A stretch of 64,000 bases of DNA. It comes from Candidatus Thalassarchaeum sp. (GTDB lineage Archaea > Thermoplasmatota > Poseidoniia > Poseidoniales > Thalassarchaeaceae). The notes beneath the pieces were generated by a model, which was given only the letters and a program-made list of their open reading frames with translations, was not told where the DNA came from and made no database searches. The translations under genes and the position numbers were made by a program. Positions 35,091-44,869 of the stretch are shown here, piece after piece (the first letter of the stretch is position 1; every line of letters starts with the position of its first letter). Where the stretch lies: assembly GCA_022451235.1 (NCBI GenBank), contig JAKUOA010000007.1, forward strand, positions 16,188 through 80,187, in the 5' to 3' direction.

Positions 35091-36593
35091 ATGAAGGCAA
35101 GTTGCGCTAATTTTGACCGGACTGGAGATATCATGATTATTCCCGTATTCAAGGGTCTAGACAAGGCTCCGAACAATACTACGGTTGGCCTTGGCCGCGG
35201 ACCGAGTATTGCTGTCAAGGCCGCAGCAGCGAGTGATGCAATTTCAGGTAAGGCAGGAGAATCGCTGAATGTTTGGACCAAGGGTTGCACTGTAATTTTC
35301 ATCGGTGTCGGTAAGAAAGAAAACCTCACTCACAAAGTTGCCCGAGATACTGCTGCGAAGTGCCTTGCAGGTCTATCTAAGGACCTTGGTACTGAAGTCG
35401 TGATCCGCTTTACATCGGGATGGTCCACAGAAAACATGACCGCTTTCGCTGAAGGAATGATGCTACGAGATTATGAGTTTGATAAATATCAGAAAAAGGA
35501 CGAAGAAAAGAATCACGATGGTTGGACATTAGAATGTCAAGCACACGAACGCCATCTCGAAGCTCTGAGTGAGTCTATCGAGAATGCGAGCCTTGTGACG
35601 ACAGGTGTTCACCTAAGTCGTGACCTAGCAAATGAGCCAGCAAACCGACTGTATCCTGAGGAATTTGGTCGCCGAGCTCTCGAATGGGCTGAAGGCAAGG
35701 ATAATGTCGAGGTTGAAGTATGGGATTATGCACGACTACAGAAAGAAGGTATGCATGGTGTTATCGCTGTCGGAAAAGGTAGCATTCGCAAACCCTGTAT
35801 GGTTTTCTTCCGATTAAATCCAAACGTACAGACTGGCGAGCAAGTACCTTGTATAGTCGGAAAAGGAATCACTTTTGACACAGGTGGAATTTCGATAAAA
35901 CCTAGTCAAGGCATGTGGGACATGAAGTACGATATGCACGGCTCAGCAACCGTTTTCGGACTATTCCAAGCACTTTGGGCTACTGGGTACAAAGGGCGGG
36001 TAAATGGAATAACCTGCATGGCTGAAAATATGCCAAGCGCAGAAGCCTACAGACCAGGAGATGTAATCGACACTTACTCCGGAAAGACGATTGAAATTTT
36101 CAGCACTGATGCAGAGGGTCGAAATGTGCTATCTGATGGATTGTGGAAAGCAGCAGAGCTAGACCCCTCATACATCGTCGATCTTGCCACTTTGACAGGG
36201 GCTTGTGTTGTTGCATTAGGCCAAGAGGCATCTGGACTTTGGTCCAATGATGATAAGTTGAGAGAAAGTATTCATCAAGCTGGTAATTCAGTAGACGAAT
36301 TGGCTTGGCCAATGCCATTACTGCCTGCTTTTGAAAAGGAAATGACAAATTCCAAGTTTGCAGATGTCAGGAATGGTGGAAAGGGCCGCTATGGTGGAGC
36401 AAATACAGCTGCTGCCTTCCTAAAGCAATTCATCCAAGAGCGAGAGGATGATAATGGGCATAAATCAGCAATTCCATGGGCTCATCTAGACATCGCTGGA
36501 ACTGCTTGGAATGTAGATACCAACGCATGTGTGGCACACGGTGGAACGGGTGTTCACGTACGAACCTTGCATCGCTTGATTACGCAGGGATGA
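35091..36593 (+). CDS. pepA: Leucyl aminopeptidase (M17)
   Basis: NEPANRLYP, VGKGITFDTGGISIKP and STDAEGR. The start could be the Met at 35133. Confidence 0.9.
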   Translation: MKASCANFDRTGDIMIIPVFKGLDKAPNNTTVGLGRGPSIAVKAAAASDAISGKAGESLNVWTKGCTVIFIGVGKKENLTHKVARDTAAKCLAGLSKDLGTEVVIRFTSGWSTENMTAFAEGMMLRDYEFDKYQKKDEEKNHDGWTLECQAHERHLEALSESIENASLVTTGVHLSRDLANEPANRLYPEEFGRRALEWAEGKDNVEVEVWDYARLQKEGMHGVIAVGKGSIRKPCMVFFRLNPNVQTGEQVPCIVGKGITFDTGGISIKPSQGMWDMKYDMHGSATVFGLFQALWATGYKGRVNGITCMAENMPSAEAYRPGDVIDTYSGKTIEIFSTDAEGRNVLSDGLWKAAELDPSYIVDLATLTGACVVALGQEASGLWSNDDKLRESIHQAGNSVDELAWPMPLLPAFEKEMTNSKFADVRNGGKGRYGGANTAAAFLKQFIQEREDDNGHKSAIPWAHLDIAGTAWNVDTNACVAHGGTGVHVRTLHRLITQG

Positions 36594-36594
36594 A

Positions 36595-38481
36595 TCACTC
36601 GTCGCCATCGTCGCTATCGACTACTTCGAAATCTGCTTCGACGACATCATCGCTATCCGCTGCCGCTTCATTTGCGGCCTGTTGCTCGGCCATTTCCGCA
36701 GCAGCAGCCTCGTAGAGTTTGGTTGAGACACCGTGCATGACTTCTTCCAATTCAGCCATCTTTGCTTGTATTGCAGCCTCATCAAGTTCCTCAAAATCAA
36801 TAGGTTGACCTTCGTTCATAATGAGGCCTTCAAGTTCATCCAACTTCTCGTTTACTGGAGCCTTGTCATCATCAGACAACTTCTCACCTGAATCTTCCAT
36901 CATCTTTCGAGTCTGGTAAACGATACTATCAGCTTGGTTTCGTAGATCTACTCTAGCCTTACGGCGCTTGTCTTCCTCTGCAAACTCCTCGGCTTCGGAT
37001 ATCTTTGATTGAATCTCATCTTCTGAAAGAGAAGTTTGACTTTCTATCTTAATCGATTGTTCAGTTCCTGTTCCGAGATCCTTTGCCGATACATTCACGA
37101 TTCCGTTTGCGTCTATATCGAAGGTAACTTCAATCTGTGGAATTCCACGTGGAGCAGGTGGGATTCCCATGAGATGAAATCTTCCCAGCGTTGTATTGTC
37201 TTTAGAGAATTCACGCTCGCCTTGTAATACATGAACCTCAACAGCTGGTTGGTTATCCGAGGCGGTAGAGAATACCTCCGAACGACGACTTGGAATCGTG
37301 GTGTTGCGCTCGATCATCATCGTAGTCACGCCACCTAAGGTCTCGATTCCAAGAGTTAGTGGAGTAACATCGAGAAGTAGCACATCGGTTACTCCTTCAT
37401 CACCAACGATAATTCCAGCCTGAAGAGCGGCTCCAACAGCAACCGCCTCATCGGGGTTGATACCTTTGAATGGAGCTTTTCCAACTTCGTGTTCAATCGC
37501 CGTCTGTACTGCAGGAACACGTGTTGAGCCTCCAACTAAGATGACCTTGTCGACCTCTCCCTTAGATACTCCTGCGTCCTTCATTGCTTGACGGGTAGGG
37601 GCCATTGTTCGCTCGATTAGATCGACGATTAATTCCTCGAATTTTGATCTAGATAGCGATAGATCAAGATGTTCTGGCTGTCCGTCGCGCATGGTGATAA
37701 ACGGCAGATTAATCTGAGTTGTTCCGGTTCCAGATAACTCAATCTTTGCCTTCTCAGCAGCCTCTCGTAGACGACTCATGGCTTGCATATCACCTGACAG
37801 ATCAATTCCCGTATTCTTCTTGAATTCGGATAGAATCCATTCAATTACGACATCGTCGAAATCGTCGCCACCCAATCGATTGTCTCCACTAGTTGCCTTT
37901 ACTTCGATTTGGGGTTGATCGTCTACTAGGTAAATTTCTAGAATTGAGACATCGAAGGTACCACCACCGAGGTCGTATACCAAAATCGTCTGATCGTCGT
38001 CCTTGTCGACACCATAAGCCAATGCAGCTGCAGTAGGCTCGTTGATTATACGTAGTACTTCTAAACCAGCGATTCTACCTGCGTCTCGAGTTGCCTTTCT
38101 TTGTGCATCGCTAAAGTATGCTGGACAGGTAATAACAGCCTGTGTTACATCTTGTCCGAGGTATGCCTCAGCATCGGCCTTCAGCTTCTGTAGCACGTAT
38201 GCTGAGATTTCTTGGGGAGTAAACTCATCGTCGCCAATTTTTTGCTTCCAATCAGTACCCATTTCCCTCTTCACAGACATGATTGTACGTTCTGGGTTAG
38301 TTACCGCTTGTCTCTTTGCGGTAATTCCAACAAGGCGGTCTCCATCTTTAGTGAAGGCTACCACCGAGGGAGTAGTTCTACTTCCTTCTGAATTAGGTAT
38401 TACTGTAGCCTTACCACCTTCTAGAGTAGCAACGCAACTATTCGTCGTTCCAAGGTCTATTCCAATTACTGCTTTACTCAT
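36595..38481 (-). CDS. dnaK: Hsp70 chaperone DnaK
   Basis: [25 protein letters not shown] and the acidic C-terminus. The ORF-track GTG start was trimmed by 3 codons to ATG. Confidence 0.95.
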   Translation of the reverse strand: MSKAVIGIDLGTTNSCVATLEGGKATVIPNSEGSRTTPSVVAFTKDGDRLVGITAKRQAVTNPERTIMSVKREMGTDWKQKIGDDEFTPQEISAYVLQKLKADAEAYLGQDVTQAVITCPAYFSDAQRKATRDAGRIAGLEVLRIINEPTAAALAYGVDKDDDQTILVYDLGGGTFDVSILEIYLVDDQPQIEVKATSGDNRLGGDDFDDVVIEWILSEFKKNTGIDLSGDMQAMSRLREAAEKAKIELSGTGTTQINLPFITMRDGQPEHLDLSLSRSKFEELIVDLIERTMAPTRQAMKDAGVSKGEVDKVILVGGSTRVPAVQTAIEHEVGKAPFKGINPDEAVAVGAALQAGIIVGDEGVTDVLLLDVTPLTLGIETLGGVTTMMIERNTTIPSRRSEVFSTASDNQPAVEVHVLQGEREFSKDNTTLGRFHLMGIPPAPRGIPQIEVTFDIDANGIVNVSAKDLGTGTEQSIKIESQTSLSEDEIQSKISEAEEFAEEDKRRKARVDLRNQADSIVYQTRKMMEDSGEKLSDDDKAPVNEKLDELEGLIMNEGQPIDFEELDEAAIQAKMAELEEVMHGVSTKLYEAAAAEMAEQQAANEAAADSDDVVEADFEVVDSDDGDE

Positions 38482-38502
38482 TTCATTCACTCCATTGAGA
38501 AT

Positions 38503-39141
38503 TCACTCACTTTCGTCAGCTGTTGTGGCCTCCGAATTGATGTCGAATTTAACATCAAGAATTCCATTGTTTAGGTCCCATTCGACAATATTGTCTGCCG
38601 AATGAGGAAGGGTATAGCGCTTCAAAGGGCGCATTTGTGTAGTCTTCATCAGCTGTAGTATCTCACCGCCACTGGTAAGGTTAAGCTCAATCTCTTCTTG
38701 TTGTAGATCGGTGAATCTGGAGATATCTACTGTTATGCACATTCTATCTTCATGAATGAATACATCTTCCAATGGCAGATCATTATCCGGTTCTTCGGTT
38801 ACTTCTTCCTCGACCTCAATTTCAGGTACTTCGGCAGGTGTATTACCTTCAAATTGAACTTTGATTCCCATATTTCGGAACATCTCGCCCATTCCACCTG
38901 GGCCGTTTAGCATGGATTCCATCTGCTTTCGGAACTCTTCAGGATCTACATCGGTTCCCATTTTTATCTCAGTCGAAGCCATACGATCTGGATCAAGGCC
39001 CATCTCCTCAAATTGATCTCGGACCTGTCGCATCATATTTTGAAGCAATTCGACATCGATTGGCATGCCCATGTCAGCGAACATTTTGGCCATCTGTTCG
39101 AGCATTCTCTCCTCGAATTCGTCTCTTTCCGGTGTGCTCAT
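38503..39141 (-). CDS. Met-rich acidic protein with C-terminal alpha-crystallin (Hsp20)-like domain; not GrpE
   Basis: The C-terminus DVFIHEDRMCITVDI...EIELNL...LKRYTLPHSAD...LNNGILDVKF follows the ACD beta-sandwich pattern. The N-terminus is Met/Glu-rich (MLEQMAKMFADMGMP, MGEMFRNMG). The stop lies 12 nt before the dnaK ORF-track start. Confidence 0.55.
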   Translation of the reverse strand: MSTPERDEFEERMLEQMAKMFADMGMPIDVELLQNMMRQVRDQFEEMGLDPDRMASTEIKMGTDVDPEEFRKQMESMLNGPGGMGEMFRNMGIKVQFEGNTPAEVPEIEVEEEVTEEPDNDLPLEDVFIHEDRMCITVDISRFTDLQQEEIELNLTSGGEILQLMKTTQMRPLKRYTLPHSADNIVEWDLNNGILDVKFDINSEATTADESE

Positions 39142-39213
39142 GATACCACTACTCAACTTGAGGTTGTATAGTCCGAGTATTCTGCCATATTTGAATCAAA
39201 CGGTGACTAGGGC

Positions 39214-39270
39214 ACTCGCGCACGAGGGTACGGGATGCACGCGCGGGGCGTGAGCGAGTTCCTATATCGG
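39214..39270. promoter_or_regulatory. 11-nt inverted repeat (10/11 complementary, 24-nt spacer) abutting a TATA-like box upstream of the thermosome gene
   Basis: actcgcgcacg (39214-39224) and cgtgagcgagt (39249-39259), then cctatatcgg (39261-39270), about 45 nt before the ATG at 39311. The element is a GC-rich island in an otherwise A/T-rich divergent spacer. Confidence 0.3.
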
Positions 39271-39310
39271 CAACATCGCATTGAAAACGGTCCTTTGATT
39301 CGCTATCCAC

Positions 39311-40906
39311 ATGGTCGAGTCGGAGCAGGATGTTGCCTTGGAGGATACCGACCGTATAGAGGGGCGCTCTGCGTTGGTAAACAACACCAATGCCGCCATA
39401 GCACTTGCAGGCGCTGTTAGGTCGACTTTAGGCCCTAGAGGCTCGGATAAGATGCTAGTTGATGAGAATGGCGAGATTGTCGTCACCAATGATGGAGTTA
39501 CTGTTCTTGAGACTGCAAAGGTTGAGCATCCTACTGCTAATCTTCTCATCGCTACTAGTTCAGCTCAAGATAGAATTGCTAGGGATGGGACTACAACTTC
39601 CGTCCTCCTAACGGCAGAACTATTGCGTAATGCGCTGGAACTATCCAGAATAGGAGTTCATCCGACAATAATAATGAATGGATATCGTATTGCGGTGGAA
39701 GAGTCGCTTTCTCAATTAGAAGAAATTTCTAGAGTGGCCTCAGATGATGATCTGATTGCAACAACAGCGACAACTATGGCTGGCAAGATCGATACTGTCT
39801 TGGCTAAGAAAATGACTGTTTTAGCGCTTGAAGCTGCTCGTGCATTAGAAAATGAAGAGGGTGGTGATGACCTTGAGAGGATCCGTGTTAAGCGCCTACA
39901 AATGACTGGTGGTGGCGCTGCAGAATCTGAAATCATTCACGGCTTAATGCTAAAGAAACAACGACTTGATTTTACCACAGACAGTCATTCTGATGGAGGT
40001 AAAATCGCCATTATCGATGGAGGATTTGAAAATCGAGAATTAGAGTTGGATGCTCAAATTGAGATTCGAAACACTGGTGTGCTTTCGGGTTTCCAAGAGA
40101 GGAAGAGAGCAAAATTAGCCGAACAGGTAACCTGCCTTTCTTCACTGGGAATTGACCTACTTTGCGTCCGAGACGGGATAGCCGACGAGGCTGTCCCCTT
40201 GTTGAAAGCTGCTGGAATAACCGCCTATCGTAGGTTTGAAAGAGAAGACTTGGAACGATTATCGATTCTTACTGGAGCGAAGATGGTTCGAGACGCGAAT
40301 AGGATGTCTGCTGGGGATGTAGGAACTTACACCAAGCGTGCAGCGGAAAAGATAGACGATGCCTGGCATGTACGAATCGATGGTGAAGGTCGTGCTATGA
40401 CTGCTCTTCTACGTGGAACCACATCTACAATGCGCGAAGAGGTTAGCAGAACATTCGACGATGCTCTTGGTGTAGCATTCAGATTGGTTCGTGAGTCGAA
40501 GATACTTCCCGGCGGAGGAGGGACTCAAACTCATTTAGCACGTCACCTACGTTCCTATGCTACAACTCAGAAAGGGAGAGAGCAATTGGCAATTGAGGGC
40601 TTTGCAGACGCTCTAGAAGTAATCCCCCGTGTCCTAGCAGAGAATGCAGGACTAGATCCAATCGATGAGATATTGGCTCTATCAGCGGCACAAGTAGAAA
40701 ATGGCTCATGGTACGGACTTGATGCGATGAGTGGAGAGAAGGCAGATATGGGAGAATTAGGAATTCATGACCCTCTTTTCGTTGCTCGACAAGCCTTGAC
40801 AGGCGCAACTGAAGCGGCAATTACCGTCTTGAGGATCGATGATGTCCTATGGGCAAATGTTGAGCCAAGTACTCCTGATTGGTCGAATCAGATTGATGAG
40901 GATTGA
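39311..40906 (+). CDS. ths: Thermosome subunit (group II chaperonin)
   Basis: [33 protein letters not shown] and ILPGGGGTQ. Confidence 0.95.
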   Translation: MVESEQDVALEDTDRIEGRSALVNNTNAAIALAGAVRSTLGPRGSDKMLVDENGEIVVTNDGVTVLETAKVEHPTANLLIATSSAQDRIARDGTTTSVLLTAELLRNALELSRIGVHPTIIMNGYRIAVEESLSQLEEISRVASDDDLIATTATTMAGKIDTVLAKKMTVLALEAARALENEEGGDDLERIRVKRLQMTGGGAAESEIIHGLMLKKQRLDFTTDSHSDGGKIAIIDGGFENRELELDAQIEIRNTGVLSGFQERKRAKLAEQVTCLSSLGIDLLCVRDGIADEAVPLLKAAGITAYRRFEREDLERLSILTGAKMVRDANRMSAGDVGTYTKRAAEKIDDAWHVRIDGEGRAMTALLRGTTSTMREEVSRTFDDALGVAFRLVRESKILPGGGGTQTHLARHLRSYATTQKGREQLAIEGFADALEVIPRVLAENAGLDPIDEILALSAAQVENGSWYGLDAMSGEKADMGELGIHDPLFVARQALTGATEAAITVLRIDDVLWANVEPSTPDWSNQIDED

Positions 40907-41850
40907 AGCCCGGAAATCATTGCATCACAAAGTGCTTCCAAATCATACTCAGCATTCCATCCCCAATCTTGCTGGGCAGCAGAGTCGTCAACCGAATCAG
41001 GCCAAGAGTCAGCATACTCCTGCCTTACGTCGGGCTTGAAATCACAAGTGAATCCGGGCACTCTAGCTGCAACCGCATCTGCGATTTCAGCGGCCGTAAA
41101 TGAGCAACCTGAGAGGTTGTAGCCTCCGCGTGAATCGCCAATTGATTCGACTGGGGCATCCATCAGAGCGATGGTTGCGCGTATTGCATCTTCCATGTAC
41201 ATCATTGGAAGGCGAGTGTCTGCACGAACAAAGCAATCGTAGTGCCCGCTTTCAAGTGCGGCATGAAAGATATCTACTGCATAATCCGTAGTACCTCCAC
41301 CTGCAGGAGCCTTGTATGAAATTAAACCCGGATATCTGATTCCTCGGACATCAACTCCATATTGCTTCCAGTAATTCATTGCCAAACGCTCTCCGGTTAC
41401 CTTGGTTTTACCATACATGGTTGTAGGATTAAGTGGGCCAACCTGAGGAGCGTGCTTTGGAGCATCGGGGCCAAAAACAGCAATTGATGATGGAGCATAA
41501 ACTCTCAACCCGTGTTTACGAGCAGCTTCCAAAACCGTAATTGTGCCACCAACATTGATTCTTTCACACAACTCGGGATTTTTCTCTCCGGTTGCACTTA
41601 GAATCGCAGCCAAGTGATATACTGTTCCAATCGATTCCTCAACCACTACCTCATCGAAGGCATCAGCATCAATTACACTAAGATTTCTGTAGGGTCCTCC
41701 AACAACACACGGATGATCAGGGATATCTCGAACGTCGCTAGCGACGACTGTATCTGCGCCGTAGCGAGTGCGTAGTGCTTCGACCAGTTCAGTTCCAATT
41801 TGGCCGAGTGCTCCGGTGACCAAAATCCGTGAGTCTGTCGCATCGGCCAT
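40888..41850 (-). CDS. tdh: SDR-family NAD-dependent epimerase/dehydratase, L-threonine 3-dehydrogenase-like
   Basis: ILVTGALGQIGTELV, ASDV, YGKTKVTGE and GVDVRGIRYPGLIS, as in UDP-Glc-epimerase-like TDH enzymes. Confidence 0.65.
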   Translation of the reverse strand: MADATDSRILVTGALGQIGTELVEALRTRYGADTVVASDVRDIPDHPCVVGGPYRNLSVIDADAFDEVVVEESIGTVYHLAAILSATGEKNPELCERINVGGTITVLEAARKHGLRVYAPSSIAVFGPDAPKHAPQVGPLNPTTMYGKTKVTGERLAMNYWKQYGVDVRGIRYPGLISYKAPAGGGTTDYAVDIFHAALESGHYDCFVRADTRLPMMYMEDAIRATIALMDAPVESIGDSRGGYNLSGCSFTAAEIADAVAARVPGFTCDFKPDVRQEYADSWPDSVDDSAAQQDWGWNAEYDLEALCDAMISGLQSSSI

Positions 41851-41970
41851 GACCCTTCGGAGGTAAGACGACTCTTAGACTTGCGAGACGAGCGTTAGAG
41901 CGTGAAATTTTGCAATCTACGAGCCAATGTTGATATGCGAGACATGTCGGCTTCAAACCCCGTTGATTGC

Positions 41971-43617
41971 ATGAAGTATGTCGTAGTCACGGGCGGGGTC
42001 CTATCTGGACTGGGTAAAGGAATCACAGCTTCGAGCATAGGAGTTTTACTGAAATCCGCTGGACTGAGGCTCACTTCGGTAAAGATTGACCCCTATCTGA
42101 ATAGCGATGCTGGAACCATGTCGCCATTCGAACACGGAGAAGTCTTCGTACTCGATGATGGTGGAGAAGTAGACCTTGACCTTGGGAACTACGAAAGATT
42201 CCTCGATGTTGCTCTAACTCGTGAGAATAATATCACTACAGGTAAGGTCTATGCAAATGTAATTGAGAAGGAACGCAGAGGTGATTATCTTGGAAAGACT
42301 GTGCAGGTTGTACCTCACATAACCAATGAAATCCAAGACTGGATTGAGCGTGTTGCACACGTCAGTGCAGATGGCTCGGGAGAAACTCCAGATGCTTGTG
42401 TCATTGAATTGGGAGGAACCGTTGGAGATATCGAAAGTGCTCCATTCGTTGAAGCGCTGAGACAATTCCAATTTAGAGTAGGTCAAGAGAATGTTTGCTT
42501 CGTTCATGTCAGCCTTGTTCCGGTGATGGGACCTGTTGGCGAGCAGAAGACTAAACCGACTCAACACACTGTGAAAGAATTACGAGGACTAGGGATAATT
42601 CCAGATATACTTGTTTGTCGTTCAGAGAAACCACTAGAAGAAGAAACTAGAGCAAAGTTGGCGGCATTCTGTCACGTTGGAACAGACGCAGTTGTTTCGG
42701 CACACGATGTTTCGAATCTCTATCAAATTCCAATTTCACTTTACGAACAATCGGTTTTGAATAAGGTCTCAAACCACCTTGGATTTGAGGTTCCTGATTC
42801 TTTGCCAATGCTTGATGATTGGAAACACATGGCAGACAAAGTCGACCGATTGGAAGAGCAGGTACACATCGCAATGGTAGGCAAATATACTGGTCTTTCT
42901 GATTCTTACCTCTCTGTTATCAAGGCCTTACAGCATAGTGCATTTGCTGTTGATAGAAAATTGGTAATTGACTGGATTGAGTCTACCGATCTAGACCCAC
43001 ACAATGTCACTGAAAAGCACGATGAAGCCTGGGAATTACTTCGCGCGGCGGATGGGATTCTAGTTCCAGGTGGATTTGGTAATCGAGGAGTAGAAGGGAA
43101 AATCGCCGCAGCAAATTATGCTCGAGTAAACAACGTGCCTTACCTAGGGGTTTGTCTAGGCCTGCAAATTGCAACAATCGAGTTCTGTCGCAATGTCTTG
43201 GGTCTAGAAAATGCAAACTCAACTGAGTTTGATGAGAATACACCTAATCCTGCAGTGGTATTCATGCCCGAAATTTCCAAGACCCACATGGGTGGGACAA
43301 TGAGACTTGGAACAAAACCTACTCCATTCCTAGTCGATGATTGCAAAATGAGGCGTTTGTACGGGGGTGCTGATCATGTCGATGAAAGACATCGACATCG
43401 CTACGAAGTCAATCCTGATTTGATAGAGAGAATAGAAGCCGAAGGTTTGGTTTATGTTGGTAAAGATGAGACCGGACAGCGCTGTGAAATTATGGAATTA
43501 GAAAATCATCCGTATTACGTAGGAACTCAATATCACCCCGAATTCAAGTCCAGACCGAATCGACCAAGTCCGCCTTTCTTGGGTCTGCTTAAGGCTGCTG
43601 TTGGACAAGAAATATGA
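41971..43617 (+). CDS. pyrG: CTP synthase
   Basis: [28 protein letters not shown], and a GATase domain with GVCLGLQ and HRHRYEVN. The ORF-track GTG start was trimmed to the conserved N-terminus. Confidence 0.95.
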   Translation: MKYVVVTGGVLSGLGKGITASSIGVLLKSAGLRLTSVKIDPYLNSDAGTMSPFEHGEVFVLDDGGEVDLDLGNYERFLDVALTRENNITTGKVYANVIEKERRGDYLGKTVQVVPHITNEIQDWIERVAHVSADGSGETPDACVIELGGTVGDIESAPFVEALRQFQFRVGQENVCFVHVSLVPVMGPVGEQKTKPTQHTVKELRGLGIIPDILVCRSEKPLEEETRAKLAAFCHVGTDAVVSAHDVSNLYQIPISLYEQSVLNKVSNHLGFEVPDSLPMLDDWKHMADKVDRLEEQVHIAMVGKYTGLSDSYLSVIKALQHSAFAVDRKLVIDWIESTDLDPHNVTEKHDEAWELLRAADGILVPGGFGNRGVEGKIAAANYARVNNVPYLGVCLGLQIATIEFCRNVLGLENANSTEFDENTPNPAVVFMPEISKTHMGGTMRLGTKPTPFLVDDCKMRRLYGGADHVDERHRHRYEVNPDLIERIEAEGLVYVGKDETGQRCEIMELENHPYYVGTQYHPEFKSRPNRPSPPFLGLLKAAVGQEI

Positions 43618-43637
43618 TTTCTTAAACGGGCGATTAG

Positions 43638-43904
43638 ATGTGGGAACAAATCGTTGACCTAGCTCACAACGAAATTGTAGCCTATGCTGGAATGATACTG
43701 ATTCTAAGCGCTTTTTTCTTGGAAACTAGAGATATTTTGAACAGCAAAGAATGGCCATATCTAGTTCTCATGGCGCTAGGATCTGGGCTCCTCGCAGTAA
43801 GGGCATATCTGATTGATGAGTGGGCATTCTTCATTCTCGAAGTTGCCTGGTTTGCGGCTGCAGCGTTGGGATTGTGGTCCATTACCAAAGTAATTCGAGA
43901 TTAA
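43638..43904 (+). CDS. Small hypothetical membrane protein (88 aa, 3 TM)
   Basis: ATG start and three hydrophobic helices; follows pyrG by 20 nt. Confidence 0.5.
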   Translation: MWEQIVDLAHNEIVAYAGMILILSAFFLETRDILNSKEWPYLVLMALGSGLLAVRAYLIDEWAFFILEVAWFAAAALGLWSITKVIRD

Positions 43905-43977
43905 TCATTCTTGGTACCTAATACTTATTCCACGGAAGCAATTAATCCAAAACATACCATTCTCTCGATGAATCTAC

Positions 43978-44202
43978 ATGGGAGCATTGGAGTGGTTTTT
44001 ACTCGATATACTGAGCTTCATGTTATTGGCTGCTCTGTATGTTTCTCTAAAGCCGAAGGATTGGGATAAAGACAAAGAAAATCAGTTCATCAAAAAAATA
44101 GGAATTATCTTGTTGTTTGCTAGCGGTATTATTCTGGTTTTTTCGGATATTCCTTCCCTTATTTTGGAAACTATTGATTGGATTTTTGGCTCATCATTCT
44201 AA
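43978..44202 (+). CDS. Small hypothetical membrane protein (74 aa, 2 TM)
   Basis: ATG start; two hydrophobic helices flanking KPKDWDKDKENQF; lies in the A/T-rich islet. Confidence 0.4.
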   Translation: MGALEWFLLDILSFMLLAALYVSLKPKDWDKDKENQFIKKIGIILLFASGIILVFSDIPSLILETIDWIFGSSF

Positions 44203-44703
44203 CTATTTTTTCATGACATAAACACCTATGATGATTCCAAGAAAAGCTAATTCTAATCTTTCATGTGTACTTGGCCAATAAAGAAAATCTAACCAAAATT
44301 CATCGATACCCCATTCCATTCTTTCCTTTCCGAAGTCAGAAAATCTAGAGAACAGATTCATGATTGAAATTGCGATAATAAATCCTCCACAAACTAGTTT
44401 CCAAGAAGTTGATTTGATCAGTCCGGTAAAGTGCAATCCTGAGATTAACAATATCGAAATGATTGTTGTAGAATACAAAATCCAACTTAGTACATCACTC
44501 ATGTCGCCGCCGTATTCGAAATAATCGATAATGTACCTAAATTCCCCAAAAGCAACGAATATTGCAGGAATCAGTAGAACTAGACAAATTATTCCAAAGA
44601 GAATTTCGAATGGAGATTGCGAATTATCTGGAGGATTTCCAGATTGATTTTCGAACGAGAAGCCTTCAACAGAAGTTTCGAGCATGTTACTTCGTTCGCT
44701 CAT
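44203..44703 (-). CDS. Hypothetical membrane protein (166 aa, about 4 TM)
   Basis: ATG start and four hydrophobic helices; A/T-rich codon usage relative to neighbouring genes. Confidence 0.5.
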   Translation of the reverse strand: MSERSNMLETSVEGFSFENQSGNPPDNSQSPFEILFGIICLVLLIPAIFVAFGEFRYIIDYFEYGGDMSDVLSWILYSTTIISILLISGLHFTGLIKSTSWKLVCGGFIIAISIMNLFSRFSDFGKERMEWGIDEFWLDFLYWPSTHERLELAFLGIIIGVYVMKK

Positions 44704-44869
44704 TCAAAAATGAAACTTTTTCCGGAAATTCAAAAAAAAAGGCGAATCAAAGGGTAGGGAAGATGATGCACGCATCAAGTAGGAGTTTCACCTGCCCCTT
44801 GGTTATACAATTGTCATTCAATCTGTGTTGTATGAGAATAAATAAACAAGGCCCCATCCACCGTATCAC

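Noticed and set aside
38042-38605. 187-aa plus-strand ORF antisense to dnaK. The same applies to 20545-21045 (antisense to rdgB/bud32), 54515-54946 (antisense to the GHMP kinase) and 46549-47004 (antisense to the NAD-kinase-like gene).
   Set aside because: Each lies wholly inside a strongly supported gene on the other strand and has Ser/Pro/Arg-biased composition typical of antisense frames.
38503-39141. GrpE annotation for the gene upstream of dnaK (expected from the canonical operon order)
   Set aside because: The protein has no GrpE-like long paired helices followed by the C-terminal beta domain motif. Its C-terminus instead follows the alpha-crystallin/Hsp20 pattern.
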